DNA of 64,000 nt from Asterionella formosa (taxonomy: Eukaryota), in the NCBI GenBank assembly GCA_002256025.1, contig NKIB01011255.1, positions 1-64,000 on the forward strand, in the 5' to 3' direction. Below, one piece after another: positions 13,211 to 27,450 of this stretch. The position numbers and the translations under genes are program-made. Every line of letters starts with the position of its first letter. Position 1 is the stretch's first letter. A model generated the notes under the pieces. That model did not search any database and was not told where the DNA came from. It saw nothing but the letters and a program-made list of their open reading frames with translations.

Positions 13211-13808
13211 GTTTCCTTGTCATATTGTCCTCAGCCCCTTCCTATTCCACTGTAGTAGCTAGCTAGTATTGAAGCCCAACACTATCCACCACCCTGCCTT
13301 CTAATTCCTGTTATTTGATAGACCACATATAATTGGCAAGAATTCATACTCTGCAAGTTTGACCATCACTTCTTTTTGCGAGTACAAAATGCGTTCATTA
13401 AAATTTCCACATGATGGTTGGGTGCATTTCGATTTGCCCTCATTGTGACACAGTCTCGGGGTCATGTCGTACACAATGTGGGAATGTTATATTCTGGTGA
13501 TGTCTCAATGGAGATGCTAGTCAACAGGAAGTGGATTTGTTCTTATATTCTTGTAAAATAAACAAATTTCATACAGTATGTATCTAAAAGGCACCTATTT
13601 CGTAATACTTCCTCCAAAAATATGCGTCATGAGCACCAGTTTGGCAAACTGAGCACATTTATTAAAATATTTTACCTTCATTTCGCCATTCTCTAAGCCA
13701 ATAAAACATGTATTCAACTTTCCTTTTAATCGCACAATGTAGGAATATGACTTCCAGTTATCCCACGAAAGCTTTGATATCAAAATATTTCCAATCATGC
13801 GGGCGTGC

Positions 13809-15194
13809 TCATCTCACATTCGACCTGTGGACATGTTGGGACATTTCACTCCTTCTCGATGCATCCATAAATTCATTTACTTCTTCGTCACTCTTCGAGT
13901 TGATTTCATCGCGCAAGGCCGATACTACTCGTTCCATAGTAGGTCTTTCGGAAATCTGGGAATGCCAGCTTTGAGCGAGCAATTTTGAAATGTTGGCGGG
14001 CCATTTGGGGTCAAGTTTGGGACGGAAGCCACCACGAACCACCTTTTTGTCAAACATAGTCATATTGAAATTCTCGAAGGGCGTCGAGAGGTCCAAGATT
14101 TGCCAGGCCAAAATACTAAAAGAGTACACATCAGCCGTTTCGTTGTAAGGAAGTTCGAGCGCAACTTCGGGGGCCATGTAGCGGGGTGACCCCGTGTCAC
14201 CAGTCATTCTGTACGTCCCGTCGGCGAGGCGATCTTTGGTGTAAAATTCCTTGGCGAGACCCTATGCATATGGTTAGAAATACTATGATGGTTCAACAAC
14301 ATGTCTGTCAATTCAAATACCCATATGAACTGATCGACTACTTACAAAATCAAAAATCTTGACATCACCTCGCACATCAAAGCCAATATTGTCAGGCTTC
14401 AGGTCCCTGTAGAGAATATGCAATCCATGCAAATACTTGAGCGCACAACTCAAGTCATAGGCCACAGTAATTCTCTCTAACCAAAAGGCCGTCTGTCTCT
14501 TTCCTTTCCGATCCAAGACCTTTCCAAATCCAGTGACCTTTCGCTTTCTCCAAGAAATTAATCTGGTCGTAAGTATGTCATACAATCTGTCAAGGACGAC
14601 AAAGTAGTCCCGTGAAAACGGCGTTCCACAAGCCAATGCTCTCATTTTAACCACATTGGGGTGTCGAATCACAGAGAGAAATTTGGCTTCAATGGCCAAA
14701 TCGACAATGCCATTGATAAAGTAGTGCGGGTCGCTTGTTTTTTCGCTTTTAAGAATTTTGATGGCATACCTAGTATCCTTGCCCCCGCGAAGATAATTGT
14801 GTTGCATAAAGGACCTGTCTTGTACAGCGTTAGCAACTTGATGTTCATCGTCTTGGTCGGCTGGTACCCTCCGAGAGGCTTCGCCATCTGCGAGGCGAAT
14901 AGCTTTGATTTCAGATACGACACAAAATCCACCTCTTCCAAGGACTCGGCCAATGGTTAGTTCTGTGTGCGCGAGAACAAATAGAAAGCGTGTCAGCACA
15001 TGTGGTCGTGGGTAACATATCTTTTGCGCCTCAACGTTGTTCGTACCATTCTTATCGAATTTCGGCATTCGTTCCAGTGCATCTTCATCAATTATCGCGC
15101 TGGTCTTCATCTTTTCCTTGACCAATTCTTCTGCTCGCTTTAGTAGATGAGCTGTAGTGTATCCACCAATCATGATGTCCACTGGGTCCGCCAT
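13809..15194 (-). CDS. Ser/Thr (TKL-like) protein kinase, paralogue 2, 3 exons
   Basis: Exons 15194-15047, 14962-14346, 14261-13809; LGRGGF, YAIK, YRDLKPDN, DFG, MAPE; same intron positions as paralogue 1. Confidence 0.92.
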
Positions 15195-15932
15195 GATGTG
15201 AGGGAGGTTGTCAGTGTGTGTGTTACAGTGTGCACTCTGAGTTTTAGATTACTACCGGTATACTATGTGCACTATGATGTGAGTTTCGACAGTATTACTG
15301 TATCAAAGTGCTTGATGCAAGATGTTGACAGCAAAGCAAGGCAGGGACGAATGGAGTGAACTATGAACACTTTCGATCGTTTCCTTTTAGCTTTTATCCA
15401 CGATATGAGTGAATTTTCGTAAAGTCAGTTGCAAAACGACGAACTTCAATTGTGACGCTTTATCGCGTGCTGACATGTATTGCAGTGGTACTGGAGTACC
15501 TGGTACCTTGTACCTGGTAGAAAAATGTAGGACCTGGGGCTGAATTTGGGAGGGCTGTATGAAGTGAATTGGATCCTGTGGCATCCGATTGAAATTGCAT
15601 ACCGATAGGAGGAAGAAACGACACATCACTGAACGCCCTAAATGAAATAATCGCTCTCCAGAAATCGTGCATACCTTAAAACTACGGTACTCCGGAGTTC
15701 TCAGCAGCTATTTCCTACAATAGTGCGCAGGAATGCCAAACCTTAATGCACAGACGGACAGACTAGTGCGTCGACCGAGGCGGAACCATGTGCGTGGTTC
15801 CAAGAAGGGGTGGGAACTTTGTCGTCGAAACATCCAATGATCCTCATGCATCGTGGTGGCAGAACAAATATCATGCCCCGGTACTCGGAGAAACAGGTAC
15901 CGGTGCCAGGTACCGGTACGACAGGAGTACCT

Positions 15933-16110
15933 GCAAGTTGCGGTAATTTTGCTGAAACTTAAGATTTAGCCATCTTTTTCCCGGATTAAAATGTTAGTTT
16001 AAGTAAAATGACCGCAACTTGCTCTGGTACCTGCCTGGTGCCAGGTAAAGGAGTTTTTAACGCACTACATAATACTTGTTGTGGTCATTTTGCTGAACAA
16101 GCGGACAATT
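15933..16110. repeat. Short repeat with inverted ends GCAAGTTGCGGT...ACCGCAACTTGC; second copy at 28907-29040
   Basis: 12-bp perfect inverted repeat 15933-16022; the same motif begins family E. Confidence 0.6.
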
Positions 16111-16683
16111 TGGTGCCAGCGCGCACCTTATATATTTATACTTTCTTCTTTATGATATTTATATGCAGTTTTTTCAGAATGCAGCGAACGCAAATCCAGG
16201 CTCCCTACATATATAATATTTCGATTATTCCTAGTTCTAAGTCTATGGACACTGCTCCGCGCTGCTTACTAATTAGCCAGGGCAGAAAAATGGGGAGGGA
16301 GTGCCGTATCGTCTTCCAAAAAATTTTACTCCGAACTCCGTACTATCAAGAAAAGAGGACGCTCTTGTACCGGTTTTTTTAATCCTGTGAATAAAAAGTA
16401 CGCATTGAAGTACGTACGTAAATTCCCGATACACTCAAGCAATACCATAGCGGGAGTCTACGTGTCTACTTTAGGCATCATCAGATACATGCATCACATG
16501 TATTTTTATATATTTAATAAATAAACTACCGGTACCCTACCTTACATACAGTGGAGTTGACCTGTTAGACAGGTTCGACACACTCTTGGGGCAAAAAATC
16601 ATGTGCCCTCCATTTTCTTCGAAAAGGAAGTTCGAAATGCGGAATCGATAGCTGACCCTTTCTACTATCTAAAGCGGCCCCTT

Positions 16684-18349
16684 CAGAGGTTCAAAGCAGT
16701 TTTTGAGGTTGCGGCCCAACAATTACACATCGCGAGGTCTGTTTTTTTCCAAAATATTTTTATGATGTACTTCAAGATACACAGTAAGTTCAACTAAATA
16801 AAATAATTAAAGGAAAAATTAGCTTTCACCAATACAACCACTTTGCATACATGCTTAGATACAGTCATTGCTCAACTTAGGGGTATGATCTATATTCAGA
16901 TATGGTAAGGACCTCATTTCTGGAGAGAAGTGGCAGTTATCCCTCTTGGAATCGTAACTATCCAAAAAAGGGGCAACGAAGCTTTTCAAAAAATCTACGA
17001 AGGACAATTGCCACTTCTCTCCAGAAGTTAACTCCTGACATTATAGGATGCACGGAAAAAGTTTTTTTGATACGTAGTTGCCAATTTTTAATATACAAAA
17101 TATATATGAAATTTGGATCTGTAGCTTAATGTGAGTGTGCACATTAGGGCAATTGAGCAGGAGAAAATCATATGAATAAAGGAGAAATTATAAGAATTGA
17201 TGCAATTATTTCAACCAGAGGGTGTAACCTGGTGGGAGACCATGTATCAGTTAAGATTGCGGCCCCGGCTTAACGCTAGTTTGGAGAAAACATTGCTAGG
17301 GTTGTAAAAACGGCATGGAACAAAGAGTTTGCTTCTATGAATTGCTTACCATGATTCTAGTGTCCATTTGAATACTTGAATTATATAGGAATCGGCACCA
17401 GATTTATAGAGTTCCATTTTAAACAAACAAAAATGATATTTAAATGTTTATACCTTACCTTAGTGGCTGAATGTAGACATAATTTTGCTCCAAGAAGCCA
17501 AAACACATATATAAATCAGGAGTACCGGTATGCCAATATGCATACTCATTATATTATTTATACATCTATATTGGATCTACGTTGCTGTATGTAGGTTTAG
17601 TATTACTCTACGCCTGAAAGCACATCCCGGTATATAATTCGTCAGTACCGGAGTACTACTACTGGTATACTGGTAGTACATAATCTTCGTTCATGATGAT
17701 GGAAAACAGGATGAAACTACCAGTAGTACTGATTTTACCTACCGGTATTCAGTTCATCTAATACGAATGGTTCTAGGGGGTTTCATGAAGATTAAAATAG
17801 ATAGCAGTGTACCCAATAACGTCAGGAATTAACTTCTGCAAAGAAGTGGCAGTTATCCCTCCTCGTAATTTTTTAAAAGCTTGCTTCGTAGCCCCTTTTT
17901 TGGATAGTTACGATTCCTTGAGGGATAACTGTCACTTCTCTCCAGAAATGAGACCCTTACCATAGCTGAATTTAGAGCATATCCCTAAGTTACGATTCCT
18001 TGAGGGATAACTGTCATTTCTCTCCAGAAATAGGGCACTTACCATAGCTGAATTTTGAACATACCCCTCAATTACGATTCCTTGAGGGATAACTGTCACT
18101 TCTATCCAGAAATGAGGCCCTAAACATAGCTGAATATAGAACATACCCTTAAGTCGAGCAATCACTGAATCTAAGCATATTCCAAAAAATGATACTATTG
18201 GTGAAAACCAATTATACTTTTAAGTATTTTATTTTGTTGTACGTAAATTATGGATTGAAGTATATCATAAAAATATTTTGGGATAATACAGACCTCGCAA
18301 CAATGTGTAATTGCTGGGCCGCAACCTCAAAAACTGCTTTGAACCTCTA
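16684..18349. mobile_element. Repeat family B: foldback-like element with long inverted arms and internal ~66-bp tandem units
   Basis: Arms about 16684-17050 and 17810-18349 begin/end AGAGGTTCAAAGCAGTTTTTGAGGTTGCGGCCC; 3-4 tandem units 17905-18150. Confidence 0.75.
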
Positions 18350-19709
18350 TTTCACTATGTTCGATCGATTAGTACGACTTAACACTGAAAGATTTATTTC
18401 AAGCATCGTGGATTCTCCAGATGTTCATGAGAAGTGGGGAATTATGATTGGACAAACGATTCAATCAGATTCCATCTGCAATAGAAAATATGATTGTTTA
18501 TAATGACGCATTTATCCATTATAGAGGTTCATCAAAGTGGTACATAAAAATATCTTATTTTCGTAGAACTAATTTATGTTCCACAGGCGGGAAGAGGGAT
18601 TACAACGTTTCATAATGCAAATTCACCATCAATTACTCGTACTACATACGCTTGGTTTGATTTCTACTATGGGTCTAAACAAATGTAGGTGCGATCTAAA
18701 TAAATATATGAGGATATGGTTTACCTAATTCATGTATGTGTACATATGCCTGTATACTCCTAGGACATGGTAAACAGCTATTTTTTTTTAAAAAGGGTGA
18801 TCGACACTTTCACGTAGTAAACAAATCAATCATACAAATGAATGTTCAATGTAGCTCGTACACACATAGATAAGCGCTTCATGCTCAGCTACAGATAGAT
18901 CGTTTCAGATCTGTAAACTATCAGAAATTCATGACAAAACGTCTATTCTATGTATAGAGATTCAAAGCGGTAAACTTTACTTCTTTTACGATTGTATTTT
19001 CCATGTCGTTCTTACAGGTAGCAAGAAGCAAAGCGTCGTTCTCAATTTTCGTGGAGAAAATTCGTATTTTCGTCATGGTCAGCCAAGGTTGCTACAACAT
19101 GATGAAGGAGTCTCCAGCTGCTCACAATCACTACCCGTCTTCTCTTGCGTTTTATATGTACAAAAGAATCGCAACATGACAGCTAAATAATTGGGTGTTT
19201 GGTTCCACCTCGAGAAAAATGTACAGGCGGATCCAGCAACCATAGGGAGGTCCAAGACAATGAAGTATACGGTACCATTCTGAAAGAACTGCTTTGTTCG
19301 ATTGCATATCGAGATTATTTCCCATGAAATGTGAAATACCGGCAGTTGAATTAGAAATCAACATATTTGATAGTACTTTTAAATTACGTAAACAAATTTA
19401 ATACATTACGTGAACTATATTATAGAATTACGTGGACAAAATCATAAGGCAATGTGAACTAAATTACAGAATTAATTGAAGTATTTCAAATAATTATGTG
19501 AAGGTGATCACGTAATATAGTGATGATCAGGGATGCATGCATGATACTCTGATCAAATAATTAACGTGATGTATTCAGATAATATATAGATATATTCAAG
19601 TAAGCATTTTGATGTATTCAACTAATTCATGTCATCCATTCAAAATCAACTAGACTTATTTACGTGATGGTCACTTCACGTAATACGCGGCTTAGATGAA
19701 ACTGAGAGC

Positions 19710-20670
19710 AATGGCAGGCAGGATAGAGTGAGAATGATAATTGTGAGGATGAAATCGGTCATACGGTACGTAAAGTCAATGGAATATGTGAACAAAATAT
19801 TTTAACATTCTGGTGTCATAAAGATAACACCGAGTCAACAGCATAAATATTATAACGTGTTCAAAGTAAGCATTAAAGTTTAGCTTAAACCATGCGTGGT
19901 TGTTTTGAGTACCACGTGCTGCGTGGTATGTAGGCTAGATGACCAGAATATCTGTTAAGCATCATCACATGCATTACCAGAGCAAAAACTCGCCACCAAC
20001 ATCAGATGTATCGATATCATCGTTCATCCGACGAAATATGGACGGTGCGACTAGCTACATGAATCCCTCGAGAAGACAAGCAATCCAACAACCAACCGCA
20101 TCCGTTAGACAACGAATCGCTACTGGCGTCATCAGTGAACTAATTTCGCTTCAAACCGGTCATGATGGACGACGATTGGCATGGTGAAAAGGTGAATTGC
20201 CGGAGTCCACTTTTCAGGAGACAAACAAAAACGAGGTGAATTTTAGATATAAATTATTGAAATCTGTATAGCATATGTGATGGTTTCCTTAAGTAGACCC
20301 TTGCCGATTTCGGCAATCCCAGGGCTGAAAAACCGAGGGGCAATTGGCGTCTGTTGTCTTGCCAAAATGCGAACATATGAAATATACAAAATATATTATA
20401 ATGATGGGGGCCATATTGGACCTTTGGCAATTTTCGAGGTGAAGATAGGAAATATACGAAATATACTTTGTATGATGGGCAATGATAGTAAGCTAAAATT
20501 GACATTTATGCTTTTTTTCAGTTGGTAAGCAAATGACGCGACGATACTAGCTAGAGCGGGAATTGCCTCAATAATACCCTTCTCGGCGGCTACTTGCCTT
20601 CTCGTACACATGTGTACTCGCAGGCATAAGACAACCTCGGGCGTCTACTGGTATTGCCTTCAACAATTGC
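19710..20670 (-). mobile_element. Repeat family A, truncated copy
   Basis: Reverse complement closely matches 55560-56500. Confidence 0.8.
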
Positions 20671-23358
20671 TCTTATAATCGACTTACTTTTACTAGACAG
20701 ACTGATCTGAACTTAACTTAACTGATCTTACTGGTAGTAACTGTTACAGTACCTTACATTACCTACCGGTAGTTGATCATGGTGGGCCTGCCCGCCACTG
20801 GGAAAGAACCCCCATTTGCCAAGCGCATCTGTTGATTCTAGTCCCTCTCCCATGGCATTCCCGCGCAAATATTCAACGTTGACAGCTGTGTGGGGCGCAA
20901 ATGCCGGCAGACTTTTACAACGCGATGTGGCGCTGTCTGACATGATGGAATACCTCAGACAAGACGGAGTCAGAGTGGCGACATTTGATGCCACCAATAG
21001 CATGTTCAAGTGCCGCTCTCATGTACTACACAAGCCTAAGCCTAACCCTAAGCCTGACCCTAGTAACGGAAGCAAACATTGGAGGCAAGCGCATGTTTCT
21101 AGAAAGTATTTGTGACAATGACGATTTGCTGGAGGAAAGTAAAAATAAATATTCGAAAGGTCCTCAAGCTGAGCACATGTGACCGGATAACAGAAATATG
21201 GAGCCGGGCCAGAGAAGGCAATGGCGGATTTTAATTGGGAAGCATAGAGAGCAGTACATGTCTGTCTGCCTGTATCAGCCAGCCAGTATCCAACAACAAG
21301 GATGGGCCGCATGTTTAGATTATCAATTCAAAAACTTATTTATTGTCATCAACATTACAGGATACTCTGCACGTACCTTCCCCTCAAGAACAAAGTTGTG
21401 CACTTTGGTATCAATTTGCATATGCTTCCTTTGAACTGCCTGTTATCTGACTCGATATGGACAGTCAGAATACAATGTTCTGGGTAAGATATGTGAAGAC
21501 TCCGGACTCAGCGAAAAATGAAAGGAATATACATATACCCATCATCTGGCCAAGTTCGCCAATGACCATATTACCATGACGGATGGTACAATAAGATTTG
21601 CCAAGCAGGTTATATTCAGCAAATTTCTCATCAGCAACTCCACCTCGAGAAGCTGCAGCACCCCCACACCCACAGGACCAGCAGATCAATTCAAATTCAA
21701 AGTCAACGAAAAAAATTTCATTTCCCATTGGAGGAATTTCTCGTACTCTTGCTTCTTGAGGCTAAATTAACGGTACTCAGGCTATAACTTATCGTTGATA
21801 CAAATACACAGCTTTTGGGCCGTTAATCATGCCATCTTTTGTGTCACGCCAGACATTCTTGTGTACCGTGTCGGCCATCTTAACACCAAATAGTTGTATT
21901 GTATTTCAAATACAAATACATTAGTATCGCTAGGATGGAAACCAAAAAATAATTCCCCCCTTTTCGAAGACAAATTTACTACATTGTATATACATACTTT
22001 TCACCAGCAGTTTCCTTGTCAATGAATACTCATCTTCATTGACAAGGACGACATCGCATGTTCAAATCTCATGGTCTTTTCGCTTGTATGAACAACACAA
22101 CTGATTTGAATTGTAAACAGGATGGCTGTTCAAAGGGAATATCGTGCCGGCTGATCAATTCATGCTGTGCAACAGGCGCAACAGTTGCATCAGACACAAC
22201 AGCAAATTTCCGACTTGCTTTCCCTGCGGCTTTTGTTGTTGTTGCAGCTCAGTTGGATGACATGTCCTGCCTCCGTGCCTTCTTCTATGTCAGACCAATC
22301 TCCAGTGACGCTTACTGTCCCAGCAGCTGAGCGAGCCTACTGAAAATGATTTCATTGATAACTATGATTTGGATGGAAATGATAATGACTATTCATTGTC
22401 GGAAAAAGTTGTTCACTTCCTTGGTGGATACATCGCCCCTGAACATTGGGTAGCCTGCAAAGCTGTTTTGGTCTTTCATGCTGGCTCGAAAACCAGCAAG
22501 CTTGCATCTATGAACAAAACAGCAAAAGAGATGGCTTGTCTATTGGCATATAAGCAGGCGATTGCAGGATTAGACTCTACGCATTTTTCGGTTGAATCCC
22601 GGAAATATTTTGCTTGCTCCTTTAAGAAAAAGGATGAACCAATGACCTCTCAAGCTCTTTACCAATACTATTTGGATTCAAGGAGCAAGATGAGGTCGTG
22701 TGCTGTTATCCCTTTGTTGCCAGTAAATTTTGTATCTATCCTGCCAGTAGAGAAACAGATGATGGAATGGTGGGCAAGGACATAAGACCACGTTTGGAGA
22801 AGAGGCAACTCAGTGAAATGAAGCAACAATCATGAATGCAACGGCAACAGCAGCAGATGCAACAACAAATTCTTTAATAAAGTACTGGTAAGTGTAGCAA
22901 CTATCCTACATACATGTATATACTATCATGCAGCAAGACAAAATTTCTACTAGTCATGTTAGTCTAAAACTAAAATCGAATATTCTATTTGATTCTTGTG
23001 TGGCCACACCGAAAACCATTCAATGTTTTTGGTGTGGCCACACAAGAAATATGGTCGTTTGTGCTGTGTATTGTATTGGAAAAGGTGACGCACACAATGA
23101 AATTTGATGCACAGACACACAAATGGCATGTACTGGTATGTGTCTGTATTTGTGTTACGCTAAGAAATAGCCTCATTTACCGGGACCTTGTCCCTCATGT
23201 ACCAGTAGTCCGCCTCTACCTGTACCTAGTACAAACTGCTGTATCGTACGATTAAAATAAGGGAGTCATACCGCACTTCTACCGCCAGCAAAGGATGGCA
23301 TGACCAACAAAGAAAGATCCAAGGACATTTTGTTATTACTAACAAAACATCATTCACG

Positions 23359-24269
23359 ATGAAGGTCCTCTCTACCCTCTTGCTTCTCGTTTCCTTCCTT
23401 GCCTCGGCTCAGGCTTCCGTGTAAGTACCTCTTTGAATATTTCGCGTGGCTTCAACTGAACAGAATGAACGAATGGAAGCGCGCTCACTCGCAGGGAACC
23501 TCCCATGTCAGCAACCTCCGGTTTTTTTGCTCACTCGTTTTTGCGGTATATATTCATTCATCATTAGTGCAGGAGAAACTATCACCCACAAAGTCTTTTT
23601 TGATGTCCAGATTGAAAATGGCGAAGGTGGTCGTATTGTGTTGGGCCTCTTCGGCGATACGGTCCCAAAGACGGTAGAAAACTTTCGGGCCTTGTGCACT
23701 GGAGAAAAAGGCATGGGCAAATCGGGCAAGCCACTTCACTTTGAGGGAAGCTCCTTCCATCGTATCATTCCTAACTTTATGATTCAGGTACGTGCAGATC
23801 ATAGCTTACAACTGGATTGCTAGGTATTCGTTGGCTCATTGAAAATAAACTCACCATCATGGTCCGTTTCACAGGGAGGGGACTTTACTCAAGGCAATGG
23901 TCGAGGAGGAGAATCCATTTACGGGGATAAGTTTGCTGATGAAAATTTTATCCTCAAACACGAGGGGCCCATGTACCTGAGTATGGCAAATGCTGTAAGT
24001 GGGAATCACCGCCAGGTTCTTTTGTCCGGTAGTCAATTTCTTACCCGACCATGAATTCATTGCTACATTTGTTAAAGGGACCCAACACGAATGGATCACA
24101 ATTCTTCATTACCACCGTCAAGACTCCTTGGTTGGATGGACGACATGTGGTTTTTGGAAAAGTTCTGGAGGGAGCGGATGTTGTCCAGCGCGTCGAAGCT
24201 CAGGGAACTAACAGTGGAACCCCCAAGAATAAGGTCACCTTGCTAAAGACGGGAGAACTTAAAGACTAG
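23359..24269 (+). CDS. Cyclophilin-type peptidyl-prolyl isomerase with signal peptide (CypB-like), 4 exons
   Basis: Exons 23359-23420, 23568-23787, 23875-23994, 24078-24269; [59 protein letters not shown]. Confidence 0.96.
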
Positions 24270-24804
24270 GAAAAAGGTTGTTTAGTGGAGAATGATGAAG
24301 AGACAAGATCGATAACATTATTTTTACTATAGTAGTGCTAATGGTATTTTGGTTCACTGTATACATGTCGCTATGGTGAATACTGGTAGTAACTACCGTT
24401 GGTGATATTGACAACTTGTTGATGCGTTTGCTCCATTATGTAGAGCGAAATTCATCAATGCATTGAAAGTAGTACAGCATTGCAGGTTCCAATCAGTCTC
24501 ATGTCCGGGATCGTGAGAGCATCAATTCTTCTTAACGGGTGATGAATTATGTCATGAATCGAATGTGTACTTTCATCACTGGCCTTGTAGTAGCACAATA
24601 CCACCCTCCACGTCATCGAATGTACAACAACATGGTTTGTGGTTTTGATTAGATATACCTAGCTCTTGACGCGAATACTTTTATATTTTTATGATTACCT
24701 TCAATTTTCCATTTTTCTCTGGCTTGTCGGTCTTCTTTTTTCAAGCCACCAGTATCAATATGCACACACACTACTTCTCAAGTCACACAGTTTGTTTGGA
24801 GCTC

Positions 24805-26284
24805 TTAACGAGATCGGAATTCGTCCAGCACGGACGCTAACGCATTCTTCCTCCTCTTCTTCTCCGTGTGTTCAATGGTAGGTTCTTCGACATCAAAACT
24901 GGGCTCTTCAAAATGCCACAAAGCGTGTTCATTAGCAGATAAGCCCATACCAGCCGTCATATTGGCCAGGGGGAGAATCGAGAAAGGTTCTTCCAATTGA
25001 ACCGATAGCTCTTCAATACCAAAGAAAAAGAAGGAGATAATCGCGGAGATTGGAATCATACCAACGTGATTCCAGCTCTATAATGGTTCCAATGAGTGCG
25101 ATAGAAACGGGTAAGAAAAATGTCTTCGGTGATAGTAAATGATGACACATGCACTGATCACACATAATGCTTTACAACAGTCAATAACGTACATTTCCAA
25201 AGGAAGCCCACATGGCAAAGGGCATACCCAAAAGCCATCCACCCAAGAATCTCGCTGTGTGTCTCGTATACATGAGTGGGACCGGCGACGTGAAGATGCG
25301 ATCACAGGCTCCCATGGCATTGGCAAATTCTACGCAACTTTTATCGACTTCAATGCGGCGCAAATAAGTCATGGGCAAATCATTAATGGCATTGGAAAGC
25401 TCGAAGAGTGCCCGACTTGGTTTGTGACGAGCAATGATGAGGCCCTCGGCCATTTCTGGAGGGCAACGTTCTCGTACATCCTTGCAATATTCTTCGCCAT
25501 CTTCTACTTCACCCAACAAGTGACGTTGGAGAGATCTAGGAAAGGTCCAGATTGTTAGGGCCAAGCGCTCTAGAGCTTGCTTCCGCTTGACAGGGTCAGG
25601 TTCGGCTTCTTCACTGACCCAAGAAGCACCCATTCTGGCAATATTTCGCGCGTGGTTGACGACGAGACCCCATGCCTTCCGAGCTTCGTCCCAACGTCCG
25701 TACGCAGTGTTGGTTCGAAACACTAATAGAATGATAAAGTGTGAGTTTTTCTTTATCAAGCCTATGATGGTACCAAAAGCATGCTAGAACTCACCCAACA
25801 ATAAGCCCAAGGCTGGACTGGCCAAGGTAAAGGGGCTGAGTGGCAATTCCAACACGGGAAGGCCCTGAACCAGTGGATCGTGGAGATTTCCAGAGAAATC
25901 CGCGTATCCCCCCGCCATGAGACTATTCCAAGTTACAACAAAGAATGCTGTCGCCACAACGATCCCAACTTCCTTGGCCAACTGGCGAACAACGCCCGAC
26001 TCCAAAATGGAGAACATGGTCCTCAGAAAGCGATCCTCAGATCTGTGCTTCAACCAGTCCTTGTGAGTGAAGAAAGATCGACGGAACTTTCTCGATGTTT
26101 CTCCGTACGACTTCTCGGGTGGGGTTTGGAGGGAAGTCGCCGAGAGTTGCATGAGATCGGCAGTGCGAATTTGTTCTTTCACGGGAGACGCTGATTTCGG
26201 CGCCGAAATGAACGCAGTCGATGGATAAATCGCAAGCACCAACAATAAGCTCATCGCCTTCATTTTTTTGACTAAAGACACCAT
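24805..26284 (-). CDS. Plastid bestrophin-like anion channel (UPF0187/VCCN1/BST family), copy A, 3 exons
   Basis: Exons 26284-25795, 25722-25193, 25077-24805; STA/F presequence; LGLLLVFRTNTAYGRWDEARKAWG, PVPLMYTRHTARFL, GIEELSVQLEEPF. Confidence 0.93.
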
Positions 26285-26451
26285 TTTGAGGGGACCTGCT
26301 TGCTTCTGTAGTCAATGAAGTTACCTTTGAGTGCGATTAATGTCAACACAAAATGAGAATAAAAACGGCAAGGGATCCACAAGATTTTAATGAGAGCGTG
26401 ATGCAATGCTGTCGTCACTCTCATGTCTTCTACCGGTACATTTCATTACCA

Positions 26452-26627
26452 TGACGCACTGTCGTCACCACTGCTCCAACTATAGACATGGTATATCAGC
26501 TACATACGACAAGTTCAATTGAACCGTAACCAGCTCGCCTTGATTGAAGCAACTGAGTTGCACACGTACGCACACTATTCTAGTCAGCAGTTCTTTGCGA
26601 CGTCATATACTGGTTATGTCGACGTCA
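26452..26627. promoter_or_regulatory. CRE/CCRE-like bZIP motifs upstream of bestrophin A
   Basis: TGACGC 26452, ACGTCA 26600, ACGTCA 26622. Confidence 0.55.
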
Positions 26628-27179
26628 GTCTGAAAACACCACCCACTCTATTCCAGGTGTGCTCCACCCAATGAGTTAAAAATACGTGAAGGTCTAAGGT
26701 GCAGAGTTGGATATCTTTCCAGGAGAATTGCACATGACAAAGTCGAGGCAGCAGTGCATTATGTTAATTGTAATGCTGTGGTTGTTGAAGTCCTAAAAGA
26801 ATCTAAAGAAAAAAATGAATATTCTCTGTTGAGGTTATGGAGTTGCGCTATTTACGTTTCTCAATGTTGGGGTCAAATTGAAGCAGGATGCTGTTCATGA
26901 GAAAATGATCACTTCGATAGTAATAGCAATTCACTTCTGTGTAGATAAAATAATGTAGCTATGTAGACCATTAACAACCAGTGCTAGTATATATAATATT
27001 AAAAGGGGGGACATCCTTGATCCAATGCAGCCATAATGGCGCCAGAGAAGAAAAACCCCTTACCAGCACACCTTACTATTAAAACTGGCTGGTCAATCAG
27101 GAATGTGCCGGCCATCTCAATTGCTCCTTTTTCCAACTGCTAGCCTATCAGGTACCATCTGCTTCCACCCGCCCATTCC

Positions 27180-27450
27180 AAAGCCTCCTTCCCAATGTGA
27201 GGAATCTCATAGTTGTTGTTGCCATTTAACAGAATAATCTCCTCCAAGCAACCCTGTAAGGTTAAAGAGAACAATTTGAATTCCTTGCATCAAATATATG
27301 GAATGCTGCCTGTACTGCCTGTACTGCCTCTACCAAAACATCAACTTCGTCATTTGTTCTTCCACAGAGTTCCATTGACCTGACTGTAATGTCCAAAATA
27401 GATAGATCATTGATATTCAAATCCGAACTGTTCTCTGGTTGCTTAGTCAA
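27180..27450 (-). mobile_element. Decayed Tc1/mariner (DD39D-like) transposase C-terminal relic
   Basis: QPENSSDLNINDLS (cf. QPPNSPDLNxLDLG) then, after a frameshift, LTLQGCLEEIILLNGNNNYEIPHIGK (cf. LTLQSCM.EI...GGN.YKIPHM.K). Confidence 0.75.

Noticed and set aside
21030..21062. Telomere-like CCTAAG/CCCTAA run
   Set aside because: Only about five degenerate internal units; no evidence of function
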